Shown here one piece after another: positions 41,801 to 54,512 of a DNA stretch of 64,000 nt. Position numbers and translations under genes: made by a program. The notes under the pieces are model-generated. The model saw only the letters and a list, made by a program, of their open reading frames with translations. It made no database searches and was not told where the DNA came from. This DNA is from Trichoplax adhaerens (taxonomy: Eukaryota; Animalia; Placozoa): assembly GCF_000150275.1 (NCBI RefSeq), contig NW_002060951.1, positions 1,312,297-1,376,296 of the forward strand, in the 5' to 3' direction. Numbering within the stretch: position 1 is the stretch's first letter; each line of letters begins with the position of its first letter.

Positions 41801-44800
41801 GCCCATCTATAATATCATGACTAAGTGATTGATATCGCAATTAATGAAATAGATTGTGCTTGATACACCATTAACTTGCAAAATAATACTTTAATGTACC
41901 TCTACTTTCTGAATCTCTGTAAATAATCAATATGATATCATCTTTTCACACTAGTTAACTTTGATGCTTTGGATTATTTGTCCAAATACTCGGTTCTAAG
42001 GTAAATAAGATTTTATAATGTCATGTCCAGTTGTTATTGTAATCGGTTCATCATAGCCTATATTAAAATTGGTTTATGCTGTGTACGCGTACTATTATAT
42101 CATCATAATATTTTACCAATCGCAATTAACCTATTGTATCTATTCCTTTACACAGCAAAGATAAAATTATTCAGTACAGCAGTGTCTACAATAAAATTAT
42201 TCAAGATGATAAGGTATGATATCTAAAGCAAGAATAGCGTAAAGCAAGAATAGCGTAAAGCAACGACTTTCATTTGAATCTATTTAAATTGTTTCTTAGG
42301 TCAGATATCTTTACTATCGAAGCAGATTTCAGTTTTATCTTTATCAAGAAAATTATATTATAAATTCAGTCTCCATCCCATTTAAAATTTAAATTTTACA
42401 GTTAATTTTCAACTCTATGACTTGGTTGCAGTTCTAACACTTAGTTTTACTCTAGAATTAAGTTATGATATTTTATACTTAATATTTTGACAAAATATTG
42501 CCGTTATCGTTATTGTAATTCTTTACCGGTATATTGTAAGTATACAACAACGCTTTATAAAACAATAGTCTGTTTATTAAATATATGGGTATGATTTTTT
42601 TAATGATGACAAGGAGGATCAAGGAGAGAAAATGAAAACTATAGAAGAACCTGAAGTAGAAGAAGACGATACTATGGAAAAAAATGGAAAAGTAGTTGAT
42701 AATGATGAAGAGAAATCTTCTCCAGTCATCACTAGCTCACCTCAAAAATCACCAAAAAAAACAGTATCGGCAATGCCAACCAGGGTAAATAAATTAATAT
42801 ATTCATTGAGAGTTTTTATTTCTATATTAATTTAATAACAAATTAAGAAGTACCATATCAACTAGGGTAGATACATCAATGTATTCCTTGCTTCTTGAGA
42901 GTTTTATAAGTGCTTCGAATAATTTGATAATATTACTTTAATCATATTATTATTGTATGCCTAAAAGTATTATATTGTAACTAGAATTAGTAATGTTATA
43001 GCAGAATGTCAAATACGTCAATTATAATTCACAACCAAGACTGAAATATGATTGCAAATTTATAGCTACACTTAGGCCTTACCGGTAGTGAAATTCGTGG
43101 AATGACACCGGCACAATTATTAGATCGATTGGATCCTGAAGGAACCATGGCTGCTTTAAATCAACAGCCGCAATTAACTATTACAGGCCGTCATGCTGTA
43201 ACCAAAGGTAGCTTACAAGAAAGGGAATTACTACTAGATAAACTACGACAAGTCATGTCGACAAATGTATCGCCAGCATCATCCAACGATAGCGATTTAA
43301 GCATTGGTGAAATTGAAGGCATGTTATCAGCTATACCAAGAACAGATTCAAAGTCTATCCAATTTCGTAATAATATGAAAGAAGTTCGAGATTTATTGCA
43401 CAAGACAAGAGGTGATCTATCGGTACTTAATGATGCTGACTTTAAATCAGCGGCTAGCATTCTCAGTTCATCTGGCCGAGATCATCATTTATCGAATGTA
43501 TCATCGTCTAATAAAGTCGATTCGACAACTACAACGCCATTAGCATCGAGAGGTGCAGGTGGTATGGCCATGGATGGCGAAAGTGCACATTTAAGATTAC
43601 CAATTATCGAAGAGCCAGATGAAGCTGCCAGGCCAGATTTTTTGCAACATCGTAGTCAGCCTAATAGTGCATCAGATGGTCCGACTAAAATTTTGCGGCA
43701 ACACTCCAATTATATCTCAGAATTTGACCAGAGAGAATCTTATCAACCAAGAAGGAGAGCAATGACCGAAACACGCCATGTTTCCACAGCAGGTAGCGCT
43801 GGTGGCAGAAAAGAAAGTAAATATCTTACATCACATTCGCGAGGGAGAGGACGCGATGGAAAGGTTTGCTAGACAACAAATGTTGTTTTCATCTATTAAT
43901 GAATACTATCAACTACCTAGTACGGTATACCATCAATTCGTCGATTTTTGATAAAATTTAATTCTGTTATTATTGATTGCTTTTGCTTTTTTGGTATAGT
44001 TCCACAAATCATTGACATTAAAACAACTTGGTTCAGCTCTCAAGACTGTCAATCGAAATTTAATTTCAGAGAAAGAAATCGATTTTGTCAAACAGGTTTG
44101 CCATATAATTCAACATTCCTTCTAGTGAAATTAAAGAGTAGAATGTTGATATAAATCCTAATACTAGATTAAATACTAATAAATAATAACCTACAATTAG
44201 AACAATTCCCTTCATATAGTTCATTGATGACCATATAAATTTGCTTTAAAAATGGGTTTTGTCGACAACGAGTATTTAAAATACTGCAGTAGGAGATAAT
44301 AGATCTAAAATAGAGTTAGTGAACATAAATTAATCAATTAATTTTAATCTTATTAGATCCTTGATCTACCTGGCCGGAAAAAGTTGAACTTTAAATTGTT
44401 CACCTTAGTAGCAGCATTGTCAGAGAAAGTTGTAGCTTTGGAGTAAGTCTATTTATCAACCAATATAGCTGTATTTCTGTCAGGAAATTTTCTGACTGCT
44501 GTAGCGATTTGTAATTACAATAAATTAATCTATGTTATTCTTGATCTATTAGTGGTGTTGTTAAAAATATGATTAACAAGCTAACCTTTGATGCCCTGGA
44601 TGTCAAGCTACAAAAGTGCAAAGTGAGTATTAAAGGAGTGATGGAGATTAACGCTATTAGATTATGATTAGATAATAGGTCCAAAATTAAAAACCGGATA
44701 GTGTATTTGATGTATAAATAAGACTGCAAAGGCTTTGATATAGAGTAATAATTATAATTGAATTATCCTGTTTTCGTTTTAAAACATAGATGAAAATAAT

Positions 44801-45347
44801 TTCTACCTTATCATGATCAAGTTAATTTAGCTCAGTGATTCAAGTAGCATGCAATTGACTTAAATAATTAAATTTATCAAGATTAGACTATTCTAAGTCA
44901 AATATTGTATATTAATTTTTAATCTATTTTTTGTTGTAGGAATTATTCTATTTACTGGACGAAGATAATTTTAATAGACCATCGGGTGTTGTTACTTTGG
45001 ATAATCTAGCTATTGAGCTTGCTGCTGGTGGCTTATCCCATGATCAAGTCAGACTGGTAAAATTTTCAATATTCACTTAATTTTATTGACAGACGTCATC
45101 AATTTTTATTTAGCTAAGTTTTATAACAGTAATGTTAATTTATACTAATTAACTGATAGGATATAAATCGATTCTTTACTTCCATTAGGTTCGCAAACAA
45201 TTTGATAAAAACAACGTTGGAACCGTTGAATTTATAGACTACTTAACCTATATTCCTTTATTTATGGAAATACATAGCCATATTATTAGTGAACCGCTTA
45301 AAGAAACACAAAAAACTCAAACTACTGTTCCACTAGAGAAAGTTTAA
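32818..45347 (+). CDS. Large (~2000 aa) acidic/low-complexity protein with a C-terminal EF-hand-like domain, ~25 exons
   Basis: Phase-consistent exon chain (approximate): 32818-33180, 34495-34544, 34810-34897, 35249-35415, 35528-35685, 35788-36262, 36749-37845, 37985-38140, 38352-38645, 39071-39127, 39436-39491, 39618-40175, 40262-40493, 40605-40963, 41420-41532, 41636-41751, 41955-42000, 42156-42213, 42614-42784, 43066-43863, 44000-44095, 44357-44442, 44553-44622, 44940-45056, 45189-45347. The last exon has an EF-hand-like loop FDKNNVGTVEFIDYL, preceded by LFYLLDEDNFNRPSGVVTLDNL. The middle carries poly-Glu tracts. Confidence 0.8.
33547..33960. repeat. Intronic diverged duplication, 2 x ~180 bp (period ~230 bp)
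   Basis: ACTCTCCTTCTACCTT.AAAACT..GAGTAATAT..AATTAT...GAT.ACCATCTATTTT.GATTTATC..GACTTA.GATGCT.CTTAGTAGACTA at ~33548 and ~33780. Confidence 0.85.
42225..42263. repeat. Short perfect tandem repeat (TAAAGCAAGAATAGCG x ~2.5) in an intron
   Basis: TAAAGCAAGAATAGCG TAAAGCAAGAATAGCG TAAAGCAA is directly visible. Confidence 0.85.
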
Positions 45348-46156
45348 TATATGTATATATTGATTACTAAATTTAAAATTCAATGGTTACTATAAGTTTT
45401 GGTAGAAGACTGGCTTGCATTAATTTAAAATCTAATATAAGACAGCCCTATTTCGACGCATCTCTATCAATATGAGATTCTAAAGGAACAAAAACTAGTA
45501 TTATACCTTTAATCCGGATGTTATAAAGCTATTCTTTCTATCTATATACGTTTATAATCCAATAATTTGTTTGTAAGCAGTAAAGTGACAATTATTTTCT
45601 TCATATAAATTGTAATTTTTCCTAATCAGAGCTTTTAGCCCTATTAACTTATTATAATGATAGTAAACCATTATGAAACTATTTAACGCAATTCCTAAAT
45701 AACGTCATGCCGTATCTACTAATAACGATGAAGATAAGTATAAAAAGATACTCACAACTAATAACTATGGTAAAGTGGGCATATGTACGGCAGACTGTCA
45801 AGAATAATCTATTCATAGAATATTTAGCATCGATTGTTGACGTGATAATGGCGTTCTGTAATTGAATATGATACTGTATCAGAAGTAAGGTAAATTATAC
45901 CGACAAACTAAATTTATATATTTACACCATATGCTATCTATTTCTACTTTGTGGATTTTAATTTTATACTTCATGATACTACAAATGAATTAAAGTCTAT
46001 ACGAATTAAATGGCAGTTTCTTTAGTTAACCTCTTGTATGTATTGTGAAGAACATTGGCTAGTCCTGTTATTATCTCAACTAAACTTTGCAAAAATGGCG
46101 ATTATAATTACACATTATGTATAAGATATCATCTATGAGGTTTGAACTAGATAGTG

Positions 46157-46190
46157 CCGTTACGGCCATTCCTAAGAATGGCCGTAACGG
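46157..46190. other. Perfect GC-rich 15-bp hairpin with a 4-nt loop
   Basis: CCGTTACGGCCATTC-CTAA-GAATGGCCGTAACGG, in the AT-rich spacer between two convergent genes. Confidence 0.85.
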
Positions 46191-47574
46191 TGATATTTAT
46201 TACTGTTTGAATAAGGTTTCAGTAGCAAGGGCTAGCACAGTTACAGTAACTGTTCGTAGAACTGATTTTTGTGATGATTTTAGCAGTGATTATGAATGAA
46301 GTTAGGCGATATCCTATGACGATGATTTTGATCATCAACAATGGTAGATCACATTTATTATCATCGAAACTTGTAGCTTTTATGAATTTTATACATTCTA
46401 AATCAAAGCAGCAGTTAATTGTCCCTGAGATATACGTATTTATCATGAGTAAAGACAATTGGAACATTTAGCTTGGATAAAAAATTAACTACGATTACCA
46501 TAAATTAAGATGCACGATGTGACATACCGGCGATTTTTGCTTTACTATTTCTAATTTAGGATATGCGATATCTGTTCGTATCGATGATTTGTATTATCAA
46601 TAACTATCATCACAATATTCGTGACAACCTTAGCTATGGCTATCGTAAATTATATATCATAGCCGTTCTTGAGCCGTAAATACGGTACACCTATAATTTT
46701 GATTAAAACCAAGAAAATTTTCACTGTTACTGACATTGTAGTATTGATGGATGTTCTTAAAGAGTAAATACAGTAATAGCGTTATCTGTAAGAATTTTTA
46801 CTGTATCCACTAACACGATGAAGGAAGAAACTAATAAGGATACCTTACACATCTAAGGCTTAAAGAAATGGAGACAATGAAGATTTATTTTGATATTGCT
46901 CAGAGCTGAAATTTTTCAAAGGGATTTATAAATATATCGATAACTTCAAACAACAATAAACTTGACAATATTTTGAAAGTAATCCTTACATCAAAAATCT
47001 TACTTTATAAGTTGCAGCATAAACGGTAGTTCTATTTTCAACTACTTATGCTGTTTCACAAAGTTTATACTTTAATAGCCGGTAAGCTATTGTGAATATA
47101 CCAGGACGCAAAGAAGATATTTGAGTAATCTTTTAAACATAAACTGTACTTATAATTTTTAAGCCGATACTCTTGCACCAAATATGGGGTTAACCAATGG
47201 TGTCAAAAAGATATGGAGGATACAACACACATACTGTATAATACAATACTTTCCTGTACTACGATAGCGCAGCATGATATTATTATCTACATTAGTTGAT
47301 CACAAAAATAAACATATACCATTATACTGCAGTAATAGCATTTAAGATTTGAAAATTGCAATAGCGACGTGGGGTAAGTATCAATCGCATTATAGTAAAT
47401 TTGAAATGTTGCAATTTTAAAATATTTCAAATTATGTAAAACAATAATACTGATATAGACGCATTGCGTGGATAGTATATAATTTTGCTCATCAATAACA
47501 GTTTCACTGTATTTTTTACATAAAATTTGCACTGAATAAAAATGGCTACAGGCATTCGTGATACGATGGGATTA

Positions 47575-50500
47575 TTATAAGCTACCAACAATATCACCAC
47601 AATCAAATAGATCCGCAATACCCTCATTTTCACTAAGTGAGTACAAATAGTCACTAGCGCGGGTTGTAAATTCGTTTGGATGGTCAAGTGTACAGAAAGA
47701 CAAATCAGATTGGTAATTATTTATTTCTGATTCATATAGACACCTGCTCAAGCCATGGTTATTAACATCTAATTGATCACATAAGTTAGGATTATTGCCA
47801 TAACTAGTAAGAGGAGGTGCTGTTATACTTCCATGTAAAGTTGGTGGAATTCCCATACTGATATTGTGCTCAGATGCTACCGATGTTAGCATTCTATCTT
47901 TAGATATTGCATCCGTGTTGGCACCATAGTCGTAGTAATCCATATCATGATTACTATTACTTTGATTGCTGTCCGATACTAAAGCTGACGAATCATTGCT
48001 GTCATCACTTGATGTCAGAAATTCAAACGCATTAGAAAAGGTTGTAAGATGATCATTAGATTGATTGTATTGTTGGCCTACTTCGCCACAGCTTTGGCTA
48101 CCATCTGAGCATAAGTATACATCAATAGGTGCAGTATTACTTTTTAACCAGACTTGTCTATCCTATTAATTGTATATAGAAGAGAGAATCATTTTGTTAA
48201 TTGTACAATGTAAAGGAAAATACACCACTGGTATATTTAAAATTAACTATTATTGCACTTTACATAATGGGCACATACTGATAAACCGTTGCAAGTATAA
48301 TTAATACCTCTGTTGTTTCTAATAGAGTATCCTTGGATGCTTTTATCGCAATAATAGTTTGATTACTAAAATCCTTGATGCTTGTGATGTCATTGTAAGT
48401 AACATATGCATACCTTTATAAAATAAATTGAGGTACGCCATTAGATTAATTCATAGTTCAATTGAAGTCAGCTTTTGAGGTAGTTGATAAATAATAACTT
48501 AATACAGTAGATCATTAAGGGTGCACTTACTTTAACGCTTCATCAGATATTTTACAAGCTTTATTTTCTTCTTCTAGTTTAGCAATCATGGAATCTAATG
48601 TTTTCTCGTCTTCACGTAATTTTTTAATCTGACATCGGAAATCGTCTGCTGTGTGAAGATTTTTTAAACCAGTCTCATTAGCAGAGTTTGCAGGAATGTT
48701 GATTTTACCACATTTCCATGACTGAAATCCCCTACAATAAATAGTAACGGTAATTTCATTTTAACGTTTTATCTTAACCGTCAAGCCGAATGCGTTATGT
48801 CAAGACCTACTTCCATTGAACATTATTTTTGGATTTCTTTTCAATCAACCCTACTCCTTCCAAGACATTTGTTATGTCATAGATTCGACGTTTCTGTACA
48901 GTTAAATTATCAGCGGCATTATTAAGATTGAGAACGCCATCTCGAGCTTCCCGCAGTAAGACTACGAATTTTTTAGTTAACAATCCCAGTGAAGTATCAT
49001 AACGTTTGCTTTCACTTGGTGGAGTAGTGGTTTTCACAGGTGCAGCTAATATGACGGATTAGAAAAGAAATTAATTAAGGGTATGTACGTACTTAACATT
49101 GAATCAGTTCATTCTTTGTCATTTACTCTACATCTACTGAAGAGAATCTTTAATCAGCTAGTCGATACGCAAGATCGAGAGCGTCGACCAGGTTAAACAT
49201 GATCTTCCTACTACTAATACATTGTCTATAATGACTAGACCGATTACGTTGTACATATGTATAGGCAAATAAATATATATCATGAATGAACATCTTGAGG
49301 CCGTCATTAAAGTATTACTATTGTACCGTACAGGACGGCCATGGTGAATACTACCGATAAACGAAACCAAAGCTTGCGTAGCGACTGTACCTTTCACAGT
49401 TGATGCTTTCCTGCCTCTCCTTCTACCTCGTCCGCTTGAGGTAGGAGTTTTAAAGACATTTTGATTGTTTTTGTTCAACGTCTGATCCATATCCAGTCTT
49501 CGTTTTGCCTAAAATATAGCAGTCAGTTATACCATTTACTGATGATCATATAAATTCGTAAGTTTGTATTAATATTTATGTTATAATCGATTGTTTTCTT
49601 TCTATCCAATAAAATATTTACTCTTGGTTCGAGTCGTGAAGATCGACCATTGGATTCGTGCTACATAACTTACAGTACGAATTTAGATATAAAAACGTAC
49701 TACTGTATACTGTATGGAAGGAACTGCTGTTTATCATTGCAAGGTCATATTGCAGTGAACGATCTCGTGCACATGATGAAAGAATTCGACATTATGATGA
49801 GTAGAAAAATTTCTAGGACACCAACACCAATGGTGTAGGGGAAATTGACCCGGTAAAATTTGCTATGATACTTGTGCTGAACGTATTTAGAGTTAGCCAT
49901 TTCTAGAGTACGATCGATACCAAATACTCTGCTAGTACAAGTTTAGCAAGGGACCGTATAGTATTGCAAATGAATTCATTACATGAAGTAGATTCTTAAC
50001 GTATTTAGAGTTAGCCATTTCTGGAAGTACGATCGATATCAAATACTCTGTTAGTACAAGTTTAGCAAGAGACCGTACAGTATTGCAAATAAATTAATTA
50101 CATGAAGTGGATTGTGTAGGGCTAATTTATATAATCTACCATCGTAATGATAAGCTCATGCTATATCCTTTCCCTCTAGGGCTACTAACAAGAATGTCTT
50201 AGGAATTGTTCTACGTGCACGTGGAATTTTATCTATCGATATTTTTAGTTGCTTTTAACCTTAACTCAAGATCCTTTCAATCGCTACAGTGTTCTACAAG
50301 ATCTGCGGCATTACTACTTCTTTGTTATACGAATTCTGTATCTTTTAGGCCATTGATACTCTCTTCATCACCATCTGGTCAGTCAATTAAGCTACAGCCT
50401 ATTGATTATGGGGCAGGCTGATTCCGACAATACCGTACTATCTATTGATGATCATTTTTTGGAGCATTGCCGGCAGGTAGATAGCACAATTGCGCACATC

Positions 50501-51344
50501 AGTAGTTGCCGATGTTTTCCTAAGTTAAAGTATAAAGTTGTACTCACTTCATCACGCCTAGTGACTGGTGATGGAAAGGATCAACACGGAAACTGCCGTA
50601 CGAATCGTGTTCTATTGGTGATGTTTTTTTTTTCAGTTTTTGTCTAGGATACTGGAAGGCAATATCACTTATGCAATCGCTTGCTGTATCATACGTATGA
50701 TGATGGTGATGAGGGGATTATTAGATAGTTTATTGTATTGGATAATGGATACATTCAAGTCATTGTATATCAATTGGCGATATTCAATCTTGGATGGTGG
50801 TCTTGTTACAGCTTCTTTTAACCTTGTTAATTATTTGGAGAGAGATTGGTATGGAGTTGATTATTATTATTATACCGTTTTAAGTGTGCATGCTATTGAT
50901 GAGTCAAGCCGAGTCTACAGTAGATTAAGGGCTGGTAGACTTAGCAGTGGGTATCATCAAAGTTTACGACAGATCCATCATTGATTATTCATTAATTTGG
51001 ATCATCATTGAAGGACAACAAGCCCCCAAAATTAGTTCTTGTGCTCTCAGCGACAAGATGATTACTCTACGTATTGGATGATGAAACATCATCTTTACCT
51101 TGATTTGCATGAGTAATTCCTGTTGGCGAGCAGGATCATCTTTCGATTTCTTAGACTAAAAGTAACCCAACAAGTCGATTAATAAACAGTAACAACAACG
51201 TCAATTGTAGATGCAATGGACTGATGGAAGACTTCTTTTTCGCTAGCAATCAACATCGACAGTATAGTATTCATGCCAATCAACTCTCCATCATATAGAC
51301 TGTTGTATAAAGGTAGAAATAGAGAGTAATCCTACCAATTCCAT
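47575..51344 (-). CDS. E2F: Activator-type E2F transcription factor (E2F1/2/3-like)
   Basis: Exons 49508-49391 (AKRRLDM, cyclin-binding RxL), 49045-48811 (winged-helix [16 protein letters not shown]...[29 protein letters not shown], without the E2F4/5 extra Arg), 48731-48531 (coiled coil), 48413-48308 (YAYVTYNDI...QTIIAIKA), 48162-47575 (marked box PIDVYLC and pocket-protein motif [17 protein letters not shown]). Tentative 5' exons 51344-51336 (MEL) and 51155-51099 join in phase 0. Confidence 0.95.
49879..50113. repeat. Recent tandem duplication, 2 x ~118 bp, in an E2F intron
   Basis: AACGTATTTAGAGTTAGCCATTTCT..GTACGATCGATA.CAAATACTCTG.TAGTACAAGTTTAGCAAG..TACATGAAGT.GATT at ~49880 and ~49998, with high identity. 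Confidence 0.92.
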
Positions 51345-51587
51345 GATGGTCCAACACTTGATTGGATTTTCCAGGTGGCCAAGGAGAAAGAGAAAATTTC
51401 TTCCACGCGTTGGAGGGCTTCGATTACGATGTTGGATAGACGTCACACCTGAAAGGTTGAATGGTCAAGCACGATGTGGAACGGATGTAGGAAAGACGAC
51501 TGACACTTGTTGCAAGTGACCCACGAAATTGTGCTTGAAGCTGGAATGAGATTGAATCCAATTTGGGCAGACACATATAGAATTTTG

Positions 51588-51664
51588 TGGCGCGAAATAG
51601 CCTTTCAGATTTCCCGCCACAATACCAAATTAGACAGAGCATGATCACCAGCGATGATCACGTG
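51588..51664. promoter_or_regulatory. Two consensus E2F binding sites plus a CACGTG E-box upstream of E2F
   Basis: TGGCGCGAAA (reverse complement TTTCGCGCCA) at 51588-51597, TTTCCCGCCA at 51610-51619 and CACGTG at 51659-51664. Both E2F sites match TTTSSCGC. Confidence 0.75.
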
Positions 51665-52151
51665 GGTGTTATCTACAAAGAATTTCGATCCATGCATTTG
51701 TTTTCGCATGGTGTTGTTATCAAACTCGGTTGGCGTCATTTCATCTGTACCACGTCATACAGTACCGTACGATCAACGCTGCAACTTTTCCATAGTGATG
51801 TTTTAATGACTTAGTACTGACTGTATCATACAGTATAGTCTGTGTGGACCGCATGCGTAGTTGAGGCCAGAATACTGTATTTCCTTTAGTTTTGGACTTC
51901 TGCAGCTTTTATTAATTCGTTAAAAGAGTTAAAAGAGTCGATTTAGTATTTTTACCTTCAATTTATCATCTGTTGACGACAATCCCTATGCATGCAAGGC
52001 ATGGATGATTTAATGGATACTTTTTTGCTCAACTTGATTTAATAGGACTAGTACTAATACAGTACATCAATTATGACGGTTTACATAAACGAAAGATTTT
52101 CTACATACAGAGTGATACAGTACTGTACTTTTACTCGACGTTGAGTAATGG

Positions 52152-52223
52152 CATGGACTACTAAAAGAAGACCGACTGGTCCGGTCTTCTTTTCGTGGTC
52201 CGATCTTCTTTTAGTAGTCCATG
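52152..52223. repeat. 72-nt foldback with perfect 20-bp inverted arms
   Basis: CATGGACTACTAAAAGAAGA (52152-52171) and TCTTCTTTTAGTAGTCCATG (52204-52223), with a partial third arm copy in the spacer. Confidence 0.88.
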
Positions 52224-53804
52224 ATTATGGCTATGGCAGTGCAATCACAATCATAGACTAGAAAAAAGTTCAAGTTTACAGTAGTAGTACAGGAGTGTGC
52301 GCTAGAGACCCCTTTTAAACTCTCTACATTAGTATGCGCCAGTCTGCTTTGCTTCAGACAGGCGGACTTTTCTGAACAATAAGGCCTTACTGTAAATAGC
52401 CAAAAAGAGCTACTTACGATCTTGCGTGTCTCCTTTCTAAATCGCTGGTACTAATTTCAATAACGTTGACGACCTTCTATACTTGTCTCCAAGCGGAACT
52501 TAGTAACAGATAATAAAGATTAAGCGTAATATTACTTAATTTAGAAATAATCAGTCAGTTTAAAATCGACCATTTGGATACTTGTTAAGTACAGTACAGT
52601 ACTGTCATAACGAAGTGTTTGACACAATATTTTGACGAGATGAATCCGAAAATGTCTGTCCATCCAAGAGTGATCAGTCCAAGTCTTCTTCTATAGTACT
52701 GCAGTTACACTAATGAATCAGCAAGAAGCGAACATTGAATAACGTGAACTTTTAAGACCTAATTAGCTAATTTACGGGTGCTGAACTCCATATCTCCATA
52801 TCTAGGTATGCTATGTCTATGCTAAGGTGTAATCAACTCATTATGTGCTTAGTGATCAAGTTATCCAAGTGATGTAATGTAACTATGTAATCCTACTTGT
52901 ATCTAAACATAGCAGATACTAAATATCTTACATTGGGTTGCTGTCTTCTCTTGCTGCTATTCTCGAGCTGACAGTGCAAAAAGCAAATAAGGTAATGATG
53001 AGAATATTTTTACACTTTGAGTAACACGAGTACATCGATGACACTGAAATGACTGAATTGGTATTTTCACCTTGACGTACAGTAAATAGTCTCGACAGCA
53101 GATAGCAATTCTAGTCCTTCCCAACACTTCCTCCCTTAAAAACTCCCTGCTCTTATGCCATCGACGGTGGATTGTACGCGTATGTATCGGAGAGCGTCTG
53201 CAAAATCGACTGTAGGCCTTCGTAACACTTGAAAGTTCTAACTAGAGAGGTTTTTCTCTATCATCATAGCATAGCTAACTGTACGTGGTCATAATTATGC
53301 TGTATTCTGTATCATTATTCGTCAATCCGTTCCGTAGTAGACTGTACCAATTGTAATCCTGTCCATAAATGATTAGAATTGACTTCATAAACTATCATTA
53401 CTGTTTGTTACTATACAGTAAATCAGTAATCAGCGCACAGCAATATTTCAATGAACGATTAAACAACTACAACATAGCATGTAGATCTAAACCAGCTGAA
53501 AATGTAGCTGATATACGCGTATAGTTTAATTTCCCTGAATTTTAAGTTGCCTACGTCAACATAATAGTCACTAATCTAGATATTTCTACAAGTCTGGTAT
53601 GATTTTTAAAGTGCATAATTTTATATGGCATTGATGCTATGCAAAGAAGGAACGGCGACTCACTCTGGTGTAGATGCACAGTAACAGATATTGTACAATG
53701 CACATCTTACGTACAGTCTACAAATTCGAACAACAACCCTAATAGCGTAATACAAAAACCAATAAAACATGACATTTCATCATTGTTTTGCAGATTTAAC
53801 AGTC

Positions 53805-54512
53805 ATGATTGGCCATCATGGTCATAAAGTGATGAGTTCGGTACAGTCTGCGCGTAAAAGACTTGCCAATATGCCAAAGGTTCTTCAAGCTTGTCACAAT
53901 GAGGTACTTCATTCTAGCGTGCAGTGTTTTCATTATACGGATACACAATATAGGATATCTTGTTTTTACCTTTCATAGCTGCTATACTATGTATTTGGGC
54001 TCTAATAACAATGTTAACTGTTCATAAATTTCTGTATTTCATCGAAAGGCTATAATATATGGAAAATGCGTTAGCCAAAAGGAAAACTTGGGCCATAACA
54101 ATTGTTTAAAGGAATTTAATGCCTTAGCCGAATGTGCTAGAGCTACGGTAAGAAACTACAAGTATAAATAGATTTAAGGAAATCAAAAGCTGTTATTAAT
54201 CTGGGTTAGCCCTAGAATTACCTTAATTTCTTACTTTCAGTAAGAAGTTATATATTTAGGGTATAAAATCAGCGTATTTAATTGATAGATGGCTATGTTT
54301 TCAGTAGTCATACAATATCATTTAATACGTAAATACTATATATCAACATATATCGTTATTATATCAGTATAATAAGACGGTAATATCTTCGTTTATATCC
54401 GGCTTTATTGCGTTAGCTATAGATACATTTAGGTTTTGATATCCATTTATTATAAATAGTGCTAAGGTAACCTACTTTATTGATATTTTTCCGTTAGGGT
54501 AAACGTATATGA
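53805..54512 (+). CDS. NDUFAF8: NDUFAF8-like mitochondrial complex I assembly factor (twin CX9C)
   Basis: Exons 53805 (or 53832)-53903, 54049-54147 and 54498-54512 give MSSVQSARKRLANMPKVLQACHNEAIIYGKCVSQKENLGHNNCLKEFNALAECARATGKRI. Two CX9C motifs and the RL..P....C..EA..YG.CV / C..EF..L..C pattern match NDUFAF8. Confidence 0.85.

Noticed and set aside
50206-50984. Chain of plus-strand ORFs inside the E2F intron
   Set aside because: Non-ATG or weak starts, no domain signal and no consistent splice structure.
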